A stretch of DNA of 38,746 bases, from IMG/VR virus record IMGVR_UViG_3300043173_000166, positions 1-38,746 of that record, one strand, 5' to 3'. Positions 26,979 to 36,447 of the stretch are shown here, piece after piece (the first letter of the stretch is position 1; each line of letters begins with the position of its first letter). The notes beneath the pieces were generated by a model. That model was not told the origin of the DNA. It worked only from the letters and a program-made list of their open reading frames with translations, and did not search any database. This stretch comes from a virus (Duplodnaviria > Caudoviricetes). The translations under genes were made by a program, and so were the position numbers.

Positions 26979-27534
26979 GCAGCCCAAATGCCGAATATGC
27001 AAGGAGCCCTTTAATCGTACATATACTACGATTCAACCAGTATGTGGAGTTAAGTGTGCAATCATCCATGCGAACCAGAAACAGGCTAAGAGCGCAAAGA
27101 AGGCGCACTCAGCAGCGAAGAAGGCAGATGCTGCTCGCAAGAGAGACTTCTACGCCAATGATACCAAGACGCGCAAGAGGGAGGCTAAAGCCGCCTGTCA
27201 CAAGTATATTAGGCTCAGAGACCTAGGAAACAAATGTATCTGCTGTAATCGCCCACTAGGGCCGAAATATGACGCCGGGCACTGGCTAGAATCAGGCAAT
27301 AACCCTTTGATTCGATACGACGAAGACAATATTCACGCGCAATCGGTCTATTGTAATCAATACAAAGGGGGTGACAGCGACGACTACGAAGGCAATTTAC
27401 GGCTAAAGATTGGCAATGAGCGGGTTGATAGGCTGAAATCAATGAAGGGTGGCACGATGAAACGTACAGCCCAGGATTACAAAGCGATTGAAGATTACTA
27501 CAAGGCTAAGATTAAATTACTGGAGGATGTATGA
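26971..27534 (+). CDS. ninG: NinG/Rap Holliday junction endonuclease
   Basis: YIRLRD...CICC...DAGHW...RYDEDNIHAQ...CN. Confidence 0.9.
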   Translation: MPKQPKCRICKEPFNRTYTTIQPVCGVKCAIIHANQKQAKSAKKAHSAAKKADAARKRDFYANDTKTRKREAKAACHKYIRLRDLGNKCICCNRPLGPKYDAGHWLESGNNPLIRYDEDNIHAQSVYCNQYKGGDSDDYEGNLRLKIGNERVDRLKSMKGGTMKRTAQDYKAIEDYYKAKIKLLEDV

Positions 27535-27830
27535 ACTTATATTTAATATCACAAGACAGCAACGATGGTTACGATACCTATGATTGTGCTGTGGTTGCCG
27601 CAACGTCGCCTGAAGACGCCAGAAAGATACACCCTTCCAGCTTTGTTACACACGTTAAAGACGGGAAATGGATGGGCACTTACTCTGGCGGAAGTAATAT
27701 TGGCGGCGAGTACCAAAACGACGAGGGGTCATGGGTTAATTTCTCCAGCATTGATTGTATAGATGTGGAATATTTGGGTAAAACCAAAAAAGAAAGAGGC
27801 GTTATTCTGTCCTCATTTAATGCTGGATAG
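27531..27830 (+). CDS. Hypothetical protein
   Basis: GYDTYD..VVAA...AR.IHP...VILSSFNAG, common phage pattern. Confidence 0.75.
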   Translation: MNLYLISQDSNDGYDTYDCAVVAATSPEDARKIHPSSFVTHVKDGKWMGTYSGGSNIGGEYQNDEGSWVNFSSIDCIDVEYLGKTKKERGVILSSFNAG

Positions 27831-27854
27831 CCCACTATAGGTAAGGAGATTGAT

Positions 27855-28046
27855 ATGAAAGGCTGGACAATTATATATATATTTTGCTTTCTGTTTGGAT
27901 TGTTTGGAGTGGGTCCGGTCTTTGTCAAGCATCTAAAAGGCGAAGAGATGCTTGCGCCAGAGCTAACGACTAAAGCCACGATAGTATCCTGCAAGGTCAT
28001 TAGTATTAATGGGGATGATGTTAAACTTAAATGTGAGGGTATGTGA
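27855..28046 (+). CDS. Small membrane protein
   Basis: AAGGAG RBS, N-terminal TM. Confidence 0.6.
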   Translation: MKGWTIIYIFCFLFGLFGVGPVFVKHLKGEEMLAPELTTKATIVSCKVISINGDDVKLKCEGM

Positions 28047-28222
28047 TGAGTGAAATTAAGCACAGCATAGATTATATCAGCATGGAATGTATTAACGGTC
28101 AGCAGATAGAGGGCTACCTAATAGATGAGCGTGGCACAATAGCTGATATTGCTAGATGGATTGTCGAGAATGACTGGCATGAAGAGATGGTGTATTTGTT
28201 GAACAATAGAGAGGAATTGTGA
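28046..28222 (+). CDS. Hypothetical protein (58 aa)
   Basis: Read manually MSEIKHSIDY...NNREEL; coupled on both sides. Confidence 0.6.
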   Translation: MSEIKHSIDYISMECINGQQIEGYLIDERGTIADIARWIVENDWHEEMVYLLNNREEL

Positions 28223-28647
28223 TGAAATTATTTATTGATGGTGAATGGAACTCTTACAAAGGATCACTTATATCAATGGCACTCGTGCCAGAAAGTGGAT
28301 CGCCATTTTATGAAGTGCTGCACTGTGCAAATCCGCATGAGTGGGTTGAAAAAAATGTAATGCCTGTCTTGAATAAAAACCCTATAAGCAGACTGGCCTT
28401 TACTAACAAGCTCAATGCTTACCTGAGTAAGTTTGATGAAATTGAGGTTATTGCTGACTGGCCTGAAGATATAGAACATTTCTGCCGTGAGGTGATAACT
28501 GGGCCGGGCGAGCGCATAGGCCCAGACAAGATGGTTTTTGTTGTAGATCGGGCCTGCGGTAACGATGATTCTGCAGTGCTGCATAATGCCCTTGAAGATG
28601 CCATAGCCATTAGAGATAGTTACGTTAAAGCGCGGAAAGAATCATAA
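28222..28647 (+). CDS. DEDDh 3'-5' exonuclease (Rv2179c-like)
   Basis: FIDGEW...LISMALV...HNALEDA. Confidence 0.75.
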   Translation: MKLFIDGEWNSYKGSLISMALVPESGSPFYEVLHCANPHEWVEKNVMPVLNKNPISRLAFTNKLNAYLSKFDEIEVIADWPEDIEHFCREVITGPGERIGPDKMVFVVDRACGNDDSAVLHNALEDAIAIRDSYVKARKES

Positions 28648-28684
28648 CACTTTACTCAACACCACAATAAACATGGAGATTGAT

Positions 28685-28849
28685 ATGGCAGCAAAAGTAA
28701 ATTTAGAAATGAGCATTAAATGCTACAAAAAACTGGCTGATTTTCTAGAGGGTCACGAGTATGAGATAGCTACCGAAGAAAACGCTTATGGAGAATTAAG
28801 GGAGCTGTTTATTCATGTTTTTGATGTCGAGCCAACCGAGGATTGTTGA
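28685..28849 (+). CDS. Hypothetical protein (54 aa)
   Basis: GGAG RBS; MAAKVNLEMS...PTEDC. Confidence 0.55.
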   Translation: MAAKVNLEMSIKCYKKLADFLEGHEYEIATEENAYGELRELFIHVFDVEPTEDC

Positions 28850-28852
28850 CGC

Positions 28853-29122
28853 TCAAGCTCTGCGATCCTCACCATCATACTTAACGGATTGCTCGAAGTT
28901 AAACTTATTCTGTTTAGCTTTATAGATCATATTAACTGCGGTTGCTATTCCGATTACGATACCAACCGCAGCAAGACAAAGAGACATAATATCACTAGCC
29001 AGGTCAATTTTTCCTGCCAAGCCCGCAGTGCCCGTTGCTGTCATGCCTGCACCCACAACACCCGGTAATGCGTCTTGTACGACATGACTCTCCATCACCT
29101 TCTGTTTGATGTGATCGATCAC
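28853..29122 (-). CDS. Putative holin
   Basis: Hydrophobic segments, charged C-terminus, end of late operon. Confidence 0.5.
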   Translation of the reverse strand: MIDHIKQKVMESHVVQDALPGVVGAGMTATGTAGLAGKIDLASDIMSLCLAAVGIVIGIATAVNMIYKAKQNKFNFEQSVKYDGEDRRA

Positions 29123-29595
29123 GGCTTTTCTCCGCGTACCAGTCCAGCGCTACGTCTATCCCTCGCACGAGGATTACGATTAATGAAATAATGCACATTA
29201 GGGAGTCGTATTCCACCGCTGTCTCCATGTAGTATAGCCATGACGCTAACAACATTGACAGCAATAAAAGCGGGCATTAACGAGTCCATATTGAGTGAAT
29301 TAGCAGCCATATAGATGGTAATAATATTAATAAGCAATGTTAATAGACCTATATTATATAACCAAAACGCTATGCTGTCATTGACATTTTGCCTGAAGTA
29401 ATAACACATGACCAAACCGGCTATGGTAAATGCACTAGCCCATAGGGTGTAGACCTGGTAGGTTTCAATGCTGTCGGCAAGATGGCCGAAATATTGACTA
29501 TGCAGATAGATCAGGGATGCATATATAAACCCCACCGGGCTTAACTTATACAGCGCAGCAACGAACATAAAGAATAACAGCAGGCTTAATATCAT
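29119..29595 (-). CDS. Multi-pass membrane protein (lysis cassette)
   Basis: About 4-5 hydrophobic helices. Confidence 0.6.
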   Translation of the reverse strand: MILSLLLFFMFVAALYKLSPVGFIYASLIYLHSQYFGHLADSIETYQVYTLWASAFTIAGLVMCYYFRQNVNDSIAFWLYNIGLLTLLINIITIYMAANSLNMDSLMPAFIAVNVVSVMAILHGDSGGIRLPNVHYFINRNPRARDRRSAGLVRGEKP

Positions 29596-29672
29596 ACCTT
29601 TCTCTTTTTCTTCTTTGGCGAAGGTGGATGCCTTACTGTTCCAGCCTTATTAGTTGCTTTCTTTTTAGCCAT
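29592..29672 (-). CDS. 26-aa basic peptide
   Basis: MAKKKATNKAGTVRHPPSPKKKKRKV; TAATG and ATGA overlaps with both neighbours. Confidence 0.55.
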   Translation of the reverse strand: MAKKKATNKAGTVRHPPSPKKKKRKV

Positions 29673-30112
29673 TACACTACCGCCTTTTCAGTTATAATCC
29701 AATCTACGGATTCACCGCTATCAATAGCGACCTTTATCATACCACAGACATCATCACTTGCTCTGCGGCTCATTTTACCATTACCATAATTGTTGTAGTT
29801 AAGTAATGGGCATCCTGCTGTATGTTCTGTGTTAGTCCCACCGTGGGCACGAATACCCGTAAAACGCACACCGTATCGCTCTACAGACATATCAGTTTGA
29901 TTGTATAGCAAGATCATCATCTTGTTGAATGTGGCGCTACGGCTGATTATGGCCTTATAGTGACCCTCGGGGATACACGTTTCACCGGGGAGCTTTACGC
30001 CAGGCGGCCTGCCAATGTCTTCGAGCACCCAACAAAACCTATACCCTCCGTCAATGAATAGCTCACTTTCGGTGTAATCTGGGTAATAGGTGCGGAACTG
30101 GTTGATGATCAT
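29672..30112 (-). CDS. DUF5675 / L,D-transpeptidase-like putative endolysin
   Basis: C..LED...ETCIPEG.Y...FTGIRAHGG....HTAGCPL. Confidence 0.75.
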   Translation of the reverse strand: MIINQFRTYYPDYTESELFIDGGYRFCWVLEDIGRPPGVKLPGETCIPEGHYKAIISRSATFNKMMILLYNQTDMSVERYGVRFTGIRAHGGTNTEHTAGCPLLNYNNYGNGKMSRRASDDVCGMIKVAIDSGESVDWIITEKAVV

Positions 30113-30501
30113 CCCTTAAAGCTCCAGCGTCCACCGATACGAACGCCCCAATATAAAGCCTTCTGCAAAGATGTAGGCGCGCCCAAGCTATCGGCACATT
30201 CCTCTAAAAGCTCGTCAATATCCTTTCTGGTCAATATTGCCTTCTCCCATGTTCCCGGCAATATTTCCTCTTCGAGTACGCCTCTATACCCCCCATCGTG
30301 CATAACAGCGGCCTCTGCATACTTTCTGGCACGAAACAGGAAGCTACGAAGAACGCCAGGAATACTAAAGAAATCAGTGAGATTGCCTTTTGGCACCCGG
30401 AACTTCCGTCCGGTAGCCGAGAAATACACCAAGTCCTCAAGTAGCAACCATTCATCCCTGCCGGGGATTGACTCTGTTTTTAATGCGGTGAGAAATTTCA
30501 T
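30109..30501 (-). CDS. DUF1353 family protein
   Basis: VPKG..TD..SIP...AAVMHD..Y...YWGVRIGG. Confidence 0.8.
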   Translation of the reverse strand: MKFLTALKTESIPGRDEWLLLEDLVYFSATGRKFRVPKGNLTDFFSIPGVLRSFLFRARKYAEAAVMHDGGYRGVLEEEILPGTWEKAILTRKDIDELLEECADSLGAPTSLQKALYWGVRIGGRWSFKG

Positions 30502-30545
30502 GCTTTAATTGTAACACGCTGAAAGGATTATGTTAGTATATGGCT

Positions 30546-30594
30546 GCGCCTAGGGCATCGAACCCGAAAAGTGAGCTAGTCACTCATAAGGCGC
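30546..30594 (+). ncRNA. c4-like three-stem RNA leader of the HNH gene
   Basis: GCGCCT/AGGCGC closing stem enclosing GGG/CCC and GTGAG/CTCAT hairpins; TGnTAGTAT just upstream. Confidence 0.45.
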
Positions 30595-30628
30595 TTAATC
30601 CTCGACTACCTTTGACAAGGAATCTATT

Positions 30629-31180
30629 ATGCTTACTCAGCAATATTTAAAAGAATGTTTTACATACAACCCTAATACTGGATCCTTAATATGGAAAACC
30701 AGACCTTTAAGCCATTTCTCGAGCAGCCAAGAAAGAAAACGATGGAACACAAGGTACGCAGGAATAGAGGCTGGAAACAAGAAAACCTGCCGCAGCAAGA
30801 AAGAATACATTTTTATAAAGCTCGAGAAAACTCTACATGCAGCTCATAGGATAGTATTCTTTATAGTTAATGGTGACTGGCCGTCTATGCAAATAGACCA
30901 TATTAACGGCTGCGGAACAGATAACAGGATAGCCAATATAAGAAATGTAACAGCGGGTGATAACTCGAGGAATAGAAGGATCCAGCACACTAACAAATCA
31001 GGAGCAAGTGATGTTGCATTTAGAAAGGACACGGGTAAATGGCGAGCGCGTATATCCTTCAACGGGGTAAGAATAAATTTAGGGCAGTTCGCAAGACTGG
31101 AAGATGCTATATCAGCAAGAAACAAAGCCGAGAATGAGCATGGATATCATCCTAATCACGGATCCGTAAGGCCGCTGTAA
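30629..31180 (+). CDS. HNH-AP2 homing endonuclease
   Basis: AHRIVF...IDHINGCGTDNRIANIR; KWRARI...LG.F. Confidence 0.9.
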   Translation: MLTQQYLKECFTYNPNTGSLIWKTRPLSHFSSSQERKRWNTRYAGIEAGNKKTCRSKKEYIFIKLEKTLHAAHRIVFFIVNGDWPSMQIDHINGCGTDNRIANIRNVTAGDNSRNRRIQHTNKSGASDVAFRKDTGKWRARISFNGVRINLGQFARLEDAISARNKAENEHGYHPNHGSVRPL

Positions 31181-31270
31181 TTACGGCCGAAAGCTCGTTT
31201 CAAAGCTAACCCCTTCGATTAATTGATACTTATAGCCCTTTCTGTATTTCATGGATCACCGCAAATTATC

Positions 31271-31762
31271 TTATTGATAAGGGACCACTATTTCACTATC
31301 AACTATCTGTGAAGAGTTAAGCATTAACCTGACTTTTTGCCAGTTTTCTAAATTAACCCCAGCGTCCAACATCCCTAGCGTCAGTAGGTAAGCAACCATT
31401 TTTGGTGTTAATTGATTGCCTATAAACCATGCGTAATTCCTTAAATCCTCGCTCTCAGAACCCATGTCCATGGTTAAATCATTATCCCAAATAGGAGGCA
31501 GTATTCCGGCAACAATCCACCCTCCAGGTGTCCATGAAATCAAAGCCAGATAAGGCGCTTCTTTGTCGTTATGGTGCGTAGGCCAGAACCCGAGAGCAAA
31601 TTTAACTGTTCCAGACATTAATTCTACTATTCCTGAATCACGATAAGTATTGTGCCTGTTAAGTTGATTGGGCTCATACGTAGATATATCGATTCTCAGC
31701 TCAGTATCAGCCATTGATATAGATGACAATAGAATTAGAGTTATAGCGATTAACTTCTTCAT
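31271..31762 (-). CDS. Exported hypothetical protein
   Basis: Sec-type signal MKKLIAITLILLSSISMA. Confidence 0.6.
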   Translation of the reverse strand: MKKLIAITLILLSSISMADTELRIDISTYEPNQLNRHNTYRDSGIVELMSGTVKFALGFWPTHHNDKEAPYLALISWTPGGWIVAGILPPIWDNDLTMDMGSESEDLRNYAWFIGNQLTPKMVAYLLTLGMLDAGVNLENWQKVRLMLNSSQIVDSEIVVPYQ

Positions 31763-31764
31763 AA

Positions 31765-32127
31765 TTACCCCGCCAGCGCATCCAGTCGTGTTTGAGTGAG
31801 TATCCCAGCATTAACCATTTGATCACCTATAGCCATATCATCAGCATCATTGAAGTCTAAGCCGTTTAGCTTAATGCTTTCAAATATAGCACCAGCATTG
31901 TCTGTTGCTCTAGCTTTGTTAATCATCAAGACCTGTTCTGAGTTTTCTAAAGCTTTCCAGAATTGAGGTCCAGTGTAGACATTCTTCATTGATACGGGGG
32001 TAGGTGGGGTAAAATATGTCTTCTTGGTAACCCTTCCGTCCTCTGTAAATCTAGCCCACTCACCATCATTAGGGAATCTCTCAGGAATAACGGCGGTATC
32101 TGTGACTTTATCCCATGCAATAATCAT
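31765..32127 (-). CDS. Putative tail fibre assembly chaperone
   Basis: Downstream of fibre genes; FWKAL..SEQ...AGILTQTRLDAL. Confidence 0.5.
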   Translation of the reverse strand: MIIAWDKVTDTAVIPERFPNDGEWARFTEDGRVTKKTYFTPPTPVSMKNVYTGPQFWKALENSEQVLMINKARATDNAGAIFESIKLNGLDFNDADDMAIGDQMVNAGILTQTRLDALAG

Positions 32128-32751
32128 TTATAAGCCCTCCGGTAAGGCTAAGGTATAGCAGGCTGCTGCGTTTAGCCGATCAGCTACAGCAGTTATATTC
32201 ACAGAACCCTGAATAGTTACTTTTAAAGTGTTGGTGAATTTAATTCCATTATTCGAGCTTGTAATCGCCTGTATAGGAGTAGTCATTAATGCCGATTGAG
32301 ATGCTATTGCATATCCATCATCGGTGACAGCCCCAACCCCAACACCTCCCGAACCACTATTTGCCAAATACCCCCTGAAATCACCGATCATAAACCGCGC
32401 ACTATTACCTATAGTTTCAGAGATAAATGTCAATACTTCTCCATCCCTTGTTACCCTGATGGTCATTGTTCCGTTACTGCCGAGTTCTGGAGCTAATACA
32501 TGCGTCAAAACTCCTTCTCCAGTAGTATCAACAATAGTCTGCTCTGTTGTGTCTGCCGCCGCTGCTAACTTAACGCTCTCCCAGCCTAAAGGAGTATGCG
32601 TGACATCAATGGCTGTCCAAAACCCTGCCAAATCAGCGGAAGTAATAGAACCCGCCGTATCCTTCATGTTTACGTCTGCCACCGCTAAAGCGGTTATACC
32701 CTGCATTACAAGGCCACCACCGGTAGAAATAGGAAAAATATTAGTGCCCAT
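32128..32751 (-). CDS. Putative receptor-binding / distal fibre protein
   Basis: Short N-terminal IFPISTGGG peptide then a beta-rich domain. Confidence 0.5.
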   Translation of the reverse strand: MGTNIFPISTGGGLVMQGITALAVADVNMKDTAGSITSADLAGFWTAIDVTHTPLGWESVKLAAAADTTEQTIVDTTGEGVLTHVLAPELGSNGTMTIRVTRDGEVLTFISETIGNSARFMIGDFRGYLANSGSGGVGVGAVTDDGYAIASQSALMTTPIQAITSSNNGIKFTNTLKVTIQGSVNITAVADRLNAAACYTLALPEGL

Positions 32752-33074
32752 CAGTCATTCTCCATTCCATAAGCTATAGCGTTCACAGTTACTACATCTG
32801 ACTCAACCACCATAAAGAAGCCTGATTCTATCGCAAGTCCTGTAAGCTCGATAAAGCCGCCTGACGCGATAGTCTGCTTGCCTGATGCAATGAGGTCACC
32901 CACTGCCTGTATCGTTGCTGTGGTGTCCGATATAGACGCCTTGACGGTTGCTGTAGCTGCGTTGTTGTTGACTATGCGTAATGTAAATACTGCACCCCCT
33001 GTCGGAGAAGCAAATACATCCGCTGCCGTTGCTGCTGACAGTGCTATTCTGCCAAATACTTTAGGTGATGCCAT
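32751..33074 (-). CDS. Putative tail fibre adaptor
   Basis: 107-aa beta-sandwich ending AYGME, coupled between fibre genes. Confidence 0.5.
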   Translation of the reverse strand: MASPKVFGRIALSAATAADVFASPTGGAVFTLRIVNNNAATATVKASISDTTATIQAVGDLIASGKQTIASGGFIELTGLAIESGFFMVVESDVVTVNAIAYGMEND

Positions 33075-33691
33075 TAGCCTGTCCCTAAGAAGAATGAAAG
33101 TGCTGGGCCTGAAGTGTCTGCGTTATTGCTTGCAGGCTTCCAATTAGTGGTATCTGTAGTCGGATTGTTGTTCAAATTCCCATTAGTCTTTGAGGAATAC
33201 AATAAGTTGTCAGACCCTTGTGCTATATCGCCAATTGAATAAGTCTCATTGGTATTATACGCGCCTATGAATTTGATTTGTGACCAGTTTATAGGCGATG
33301 CAGAGGGCGAGTTTCCCTGATTATTGTCTGTGAGAGAGATATAAAATAAGCCGTCTTCACGCACGATGTCTGAGGTGTCGAAAATAGTGAGACTATTCCA
33401 GTCTGAGAATTGACCCTCGCCACTTTCACCCCCGACAGGATCACGGTCCCATATCTGGACATCATCGGAGTCAGTCAGCTTTACCCTGGCCGAGCCATCA
33501 TAGAATATATTCGGTACTCTTCCGGCTCCAGTTAATATAACCGGGTTAGCCTGCGGAATGCTCCGATTGACATCGTTAAATATGTCCTTGAGTGTTGCGC
33601 TACCACTCTCGAAGAAATACAGCTTACCTTCTGGCAGCGGTTGGCCCGCATCGTCTCCGAATTGGGGCACCGGATTAATGAATCGAGTCAT
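33074..33691 (-). CDS. Tail appendage with tailspike head-binding-like N-domain and CBM5/12-like repeats
   Basis: PQF.D.AGQPL..GKLYF...NPVIL...GR; two W/Y....Y..GD.V...Y.S....N..N.P.....W repeats. Confidence 0.7.
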   Translation of the reverse strand: MTRFINPVPQFGDDAGQPLPEGKLYFFESGSATLKDIFNDVNRSIPQANPVILTGAGRVPNIFYDGSARVKLTDSDDVQIWDRDPVGGESGEGQFSDWNSLTIFDTSDIVREDGLFYISLTDNNQGNSPSASPINWSQIKFIGAYNTNETYSIGDIAQGSDNLLYSSKTNGNLNNNPTTDTTNWKPASNNADTSGPALSFFLGTG

Positions 33692-35320
33692 TTACTGTTC
33701 TCCTGCTAATTCTGGTGCAGCCACTACGCCGAATAATGCGCCTAAACTTCTACGCCCTTCTGCTATCTGTGCCGCTTCTTTTACTAGCTTGTTAGAACTA
33801 GCGGTTAATTTAGTTAAATCTGCCGATGGATCAAACAAGTCAGCTAATTCACTGGCGCTTCGTTTAGCCTTTGGCACTGCTGATAGATAGGCTTTAGTCA
33901 CCTGTTTAGCGTTTGGCCCAGCCCTTACTATATCATCAACAAACTGTGCTCTGTTTTTAGTAAGCACCTGAGATATCTTTCTAGCAACCTGCCCTATGGT
34001 AGTTGCAGCTACTGCCCCACTCAATGATCCACCTGTGGCAGCCAATCCTGCGCCAGCTCCAAGTGATCCACCAATAATGTTTGTAGCTCTGCCTTCAGAG
34101 AACCCAAACCGTCCGACTAATTTAGAAAAGTTTTGCGCCGTATTGCCTTTTACCACATCGCGCATGGCTACCTTTTCGGCTTCGGTAAAGAATCTTGATT
34201 GCTTCTTACTGTTTAATATCTTGTTTAGCCCAATCCTTATACCGTTTTCTTGGCCGCTCGCCTGCTGTTTGGCTATCTCGAATACATCTTGCAGCTTCTC
34301 TGACTTAGTGGCCCTGCCCCATAATTGACGGGCTGCTTTATACTTTGCGCCGACCTCTGCCGCTTCTACAGTGCCCTTGCTTAATCCCTTGGGAGATACT
34401 CTGTCTAAGAAATCATCAATGCCGTTAATAATCTGAACGCCTAATGCTTTCTCTGTAGCGTCGATGTTCTTTGCAGCAGCCTGGGCTATTTTCCTAAGCG
34501 TATCAATTTCTGTCAATGTTGGGGCTGTGCCAACTACATCTTGCATAGCCTCCAGTGCGCCCGCTGCTTTTGGTGTAGTCCTGGGATCAAGCCCTGCTTT
34601 TTTGGTAGACTTGCGAATCTTGTTAACCATACCCTCGAATACTTGAGGCTTCATTCTTACACCGGAGCTATCAAGCTCGTTGTACAAAGTCCGAGAAGCT
34701 GCCTTTAATGTATCTGAGCTGGGAGTGGCTTTCTTAATCGCCTTGTTTATTTCCCTAACGCTTGGAGCTACACGTTTAGTCGTTTTCGCCAGCGTACCGG
34801 CACCTTTAAAGCCGATTAATTCTAGTAGTGCTGTAGGGGCAGTTGCTGCAGCTGTGGCCAATAGCGGGCTTCCTGTAGCCTCTAGGGTGGCCTCGCCTAA
34901 TCCTTGCTCTACAGAGCTTATAGCTTCGCCTATTGGGGCTAGTGTTTCACCTACCGCTTGCAATGACTCCTGCCCGGCTTGCGTTCTAGGCTGAAAGGTT
35001 AATGCTTCTTGCGTACTTGCTACCGCTTCTGCGCCTGTTTGCCCGCCTGGAAGGATGCCTGCGCCGATACCGGCTAAACCAGCAATTGGTTGAGCTAAAG
35101 CGCCAGACACTATCGTTCCTGCGGCCTCTAATCCTCCGAGCACTCTGTCAGCTGTGGATAGATCAGGACTAGCATCACTAGCAGGAACATCACTAACTGG
35201 AACATCTTGGCCTCCTCGAATAGCCGCCACTTTCTGACGCAATACATCAGATTGAGGGTCTATATCATCAGGTATATTCTGTATCGTTATACCGTCTTGT
35301 GTGGTTATAGAATAAGGCAT
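33692..35320 (-). CDS. DNA ejection protein (gp16-like position)
   Basis: 542 aa, Ala/Gly-rich helical, last of the ejection genes. Confidence 0.65.
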   Translation of the reverse strand: MPYSITTQDGITIQNIPDDIDPQSDVLRQKVAAIRGGQDVPVSDVPASDASPDLSTADRVLGGLEAAGTIVSGALAQPIAGLAGIGAGILPGGQTGAEAVASTQEALTFQPRTQAGQESLQAVGETLAPIGEAISSVEQGLGEATLEATGSPLLATAAATAPTALLELIGFKGAGTLAKTTKRVAPSVREINKAIKKATPSSDTLKAASRTLYNELDSSGVRMKPQVFEGMVNKIRKSTKKAGLDPRTTPKAAGALEAMQDVVGTAPTLTEIDTLRKIAQAAAKNIDATEKALGVQIINGIDDFLDRVSPKGLSKGTVEAAEVGAKYKAARQLWGRATKSEKLQDVFEIAKQQASGQENGIRIGLNKILNSKKQSRFFTEAEKVAMRDVVKGNTAQNFSKLVGRFGFSEGRATNIIGGSLGAGAGLAATGGSLSGAVAATTIGQVARKISQVLTKNRAQFVDDIVRAGPNAKQVTKAYLSAVPKAKRSASELADLFDPSADLTKLTASSNKLVKEAAQIAEGRRSLGALFGVVAAPELAGEQ

Positions 35321-36444
35321 TAAAAATCTACCGTTACATTACGTTGCTGTCCTGCTTGCTGATCAGTCGGTGGCTGCCCCTGCTCTCTTTCTTTCTGTCT
35401 AAGAAATCCTGCAACAGTACCGCCTTTATCCAAGAATTGTATCTGCTCGTTAAAGTAAGCTCTAAGCTTTTCTTGTGCCGCTTTCCTATTCTGTAAATGC
35501 TGTATTAATTCATCCGAGTTAAGACCTGTGGGCAGGGCCACTTCTTTAGCAAGGTCAAGCTCCCCTTTAGACAAAGCACCAAAAGTTACAGCGCCAATGA
35601 CATCAAGTGCCATCGACTTCTGGATGTTATCAAGCTCAACACTAGCCGCCTTAAGTGACGGAAAGTTTTTCTCAATAGCACCAACACCGGCACCGGCACG
35701 AACAGCCACAATAGCTCTGTCAATGTTCTTAATTCCCGAGTCTATCTTTAAAATCCTATCTACACCCTTGTCAATAGCTTTCGCCCTTGATACGCCTGTA
35801 AGTTCAGCAAACTTTTCAGCTTGTCTTATTTGGGCTTTTGCGTCAGAAAGATTGCCTATATCGCCGCTTGCAATAGCAGATAAAACGGCATTACTAACTG
35901 CGCGACCCTTAAGACCTAGCTTGATAGCAATCGCCTTCTTTTGCTCCTTCTTGGGCAGTCCTTCTATTAGGCTTTCAAAAAATTGCTGCTCAGCGCCCCC
36001 TTGTCCTTCAGCAGCTTGAAATCCCTCTATTGGTGTAGCTGTCGGCTTGTCTCCGAAAGTGACTACTTGCCCATCAACTATCTGCTGTTTGGGTGCATCA
36101 GGAGTAGTTAAATCACCCGTAGCCTGCGCTCTAAGCACAAAGCCATTCAAATCACCCAAAGCCTCTTGGAATGTTTCAGGATTGGTAAGCTCCTGTACAA
36201 ACTGCTGCGCGTTGGGATCGTTAATCTCTGACAATACTTGGATGGCGTCTTGCAGGTTGCCGCCCTTGATAAGCGAGTGAGCAGCGCCCATACCACGTAT
36301 TAATGTTTTACGAGCGCCTGCTTGCTGCGTCTGTTTGACCTGTTGAGCCTGTAGTTGTTGCTGCCGGAACTGCGGCAAGGTGCCCTGTACGCCCGCAGCA
36401 AACCCGCCTAATCTTTGTGCTAGCTCATCTGATATTAATGGCAT
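35320..36444 (-). CDS. DNA ejection protein (gp20-like)
   Basis: Helical, FGALSKGEL motif, position. Confidence 0.65.
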   Translation of the reverse strand: MPLISDELAQRLGGFAAGVQGTLPQFRQQQLQAQQVKQTQQAGARKTLIRGMGAAHSLIKGGNLQDAIQVLSEINDPNAQQFVQELTNPETFQEALGDLNGFVLRAQATGDLTTPDAPKQQIVDGQVVTFGDKPTATPIEGFQAAEGQGGAEQQFFESLIEGLPKKEQKKAIAIKLGLKGRAVSNAVLSAIASGDIGNLSDAKAQIRQAEKFAELTGVSRAKAIDKGVDRILKIDSGIKNIDRAIVAVRAGAGVGAIEKNFPSLKAASVELDNIQKSMALDVIGAVTFGALSKGELDLAKEVALPTGLNSDELIQHLQNRKAAQEKLRAYFNEQIQFLDKGGTVAGFLRQKEREQGQPPTDQQAGQQRNVTVDF

Positions 36445-36447
36445 ACT

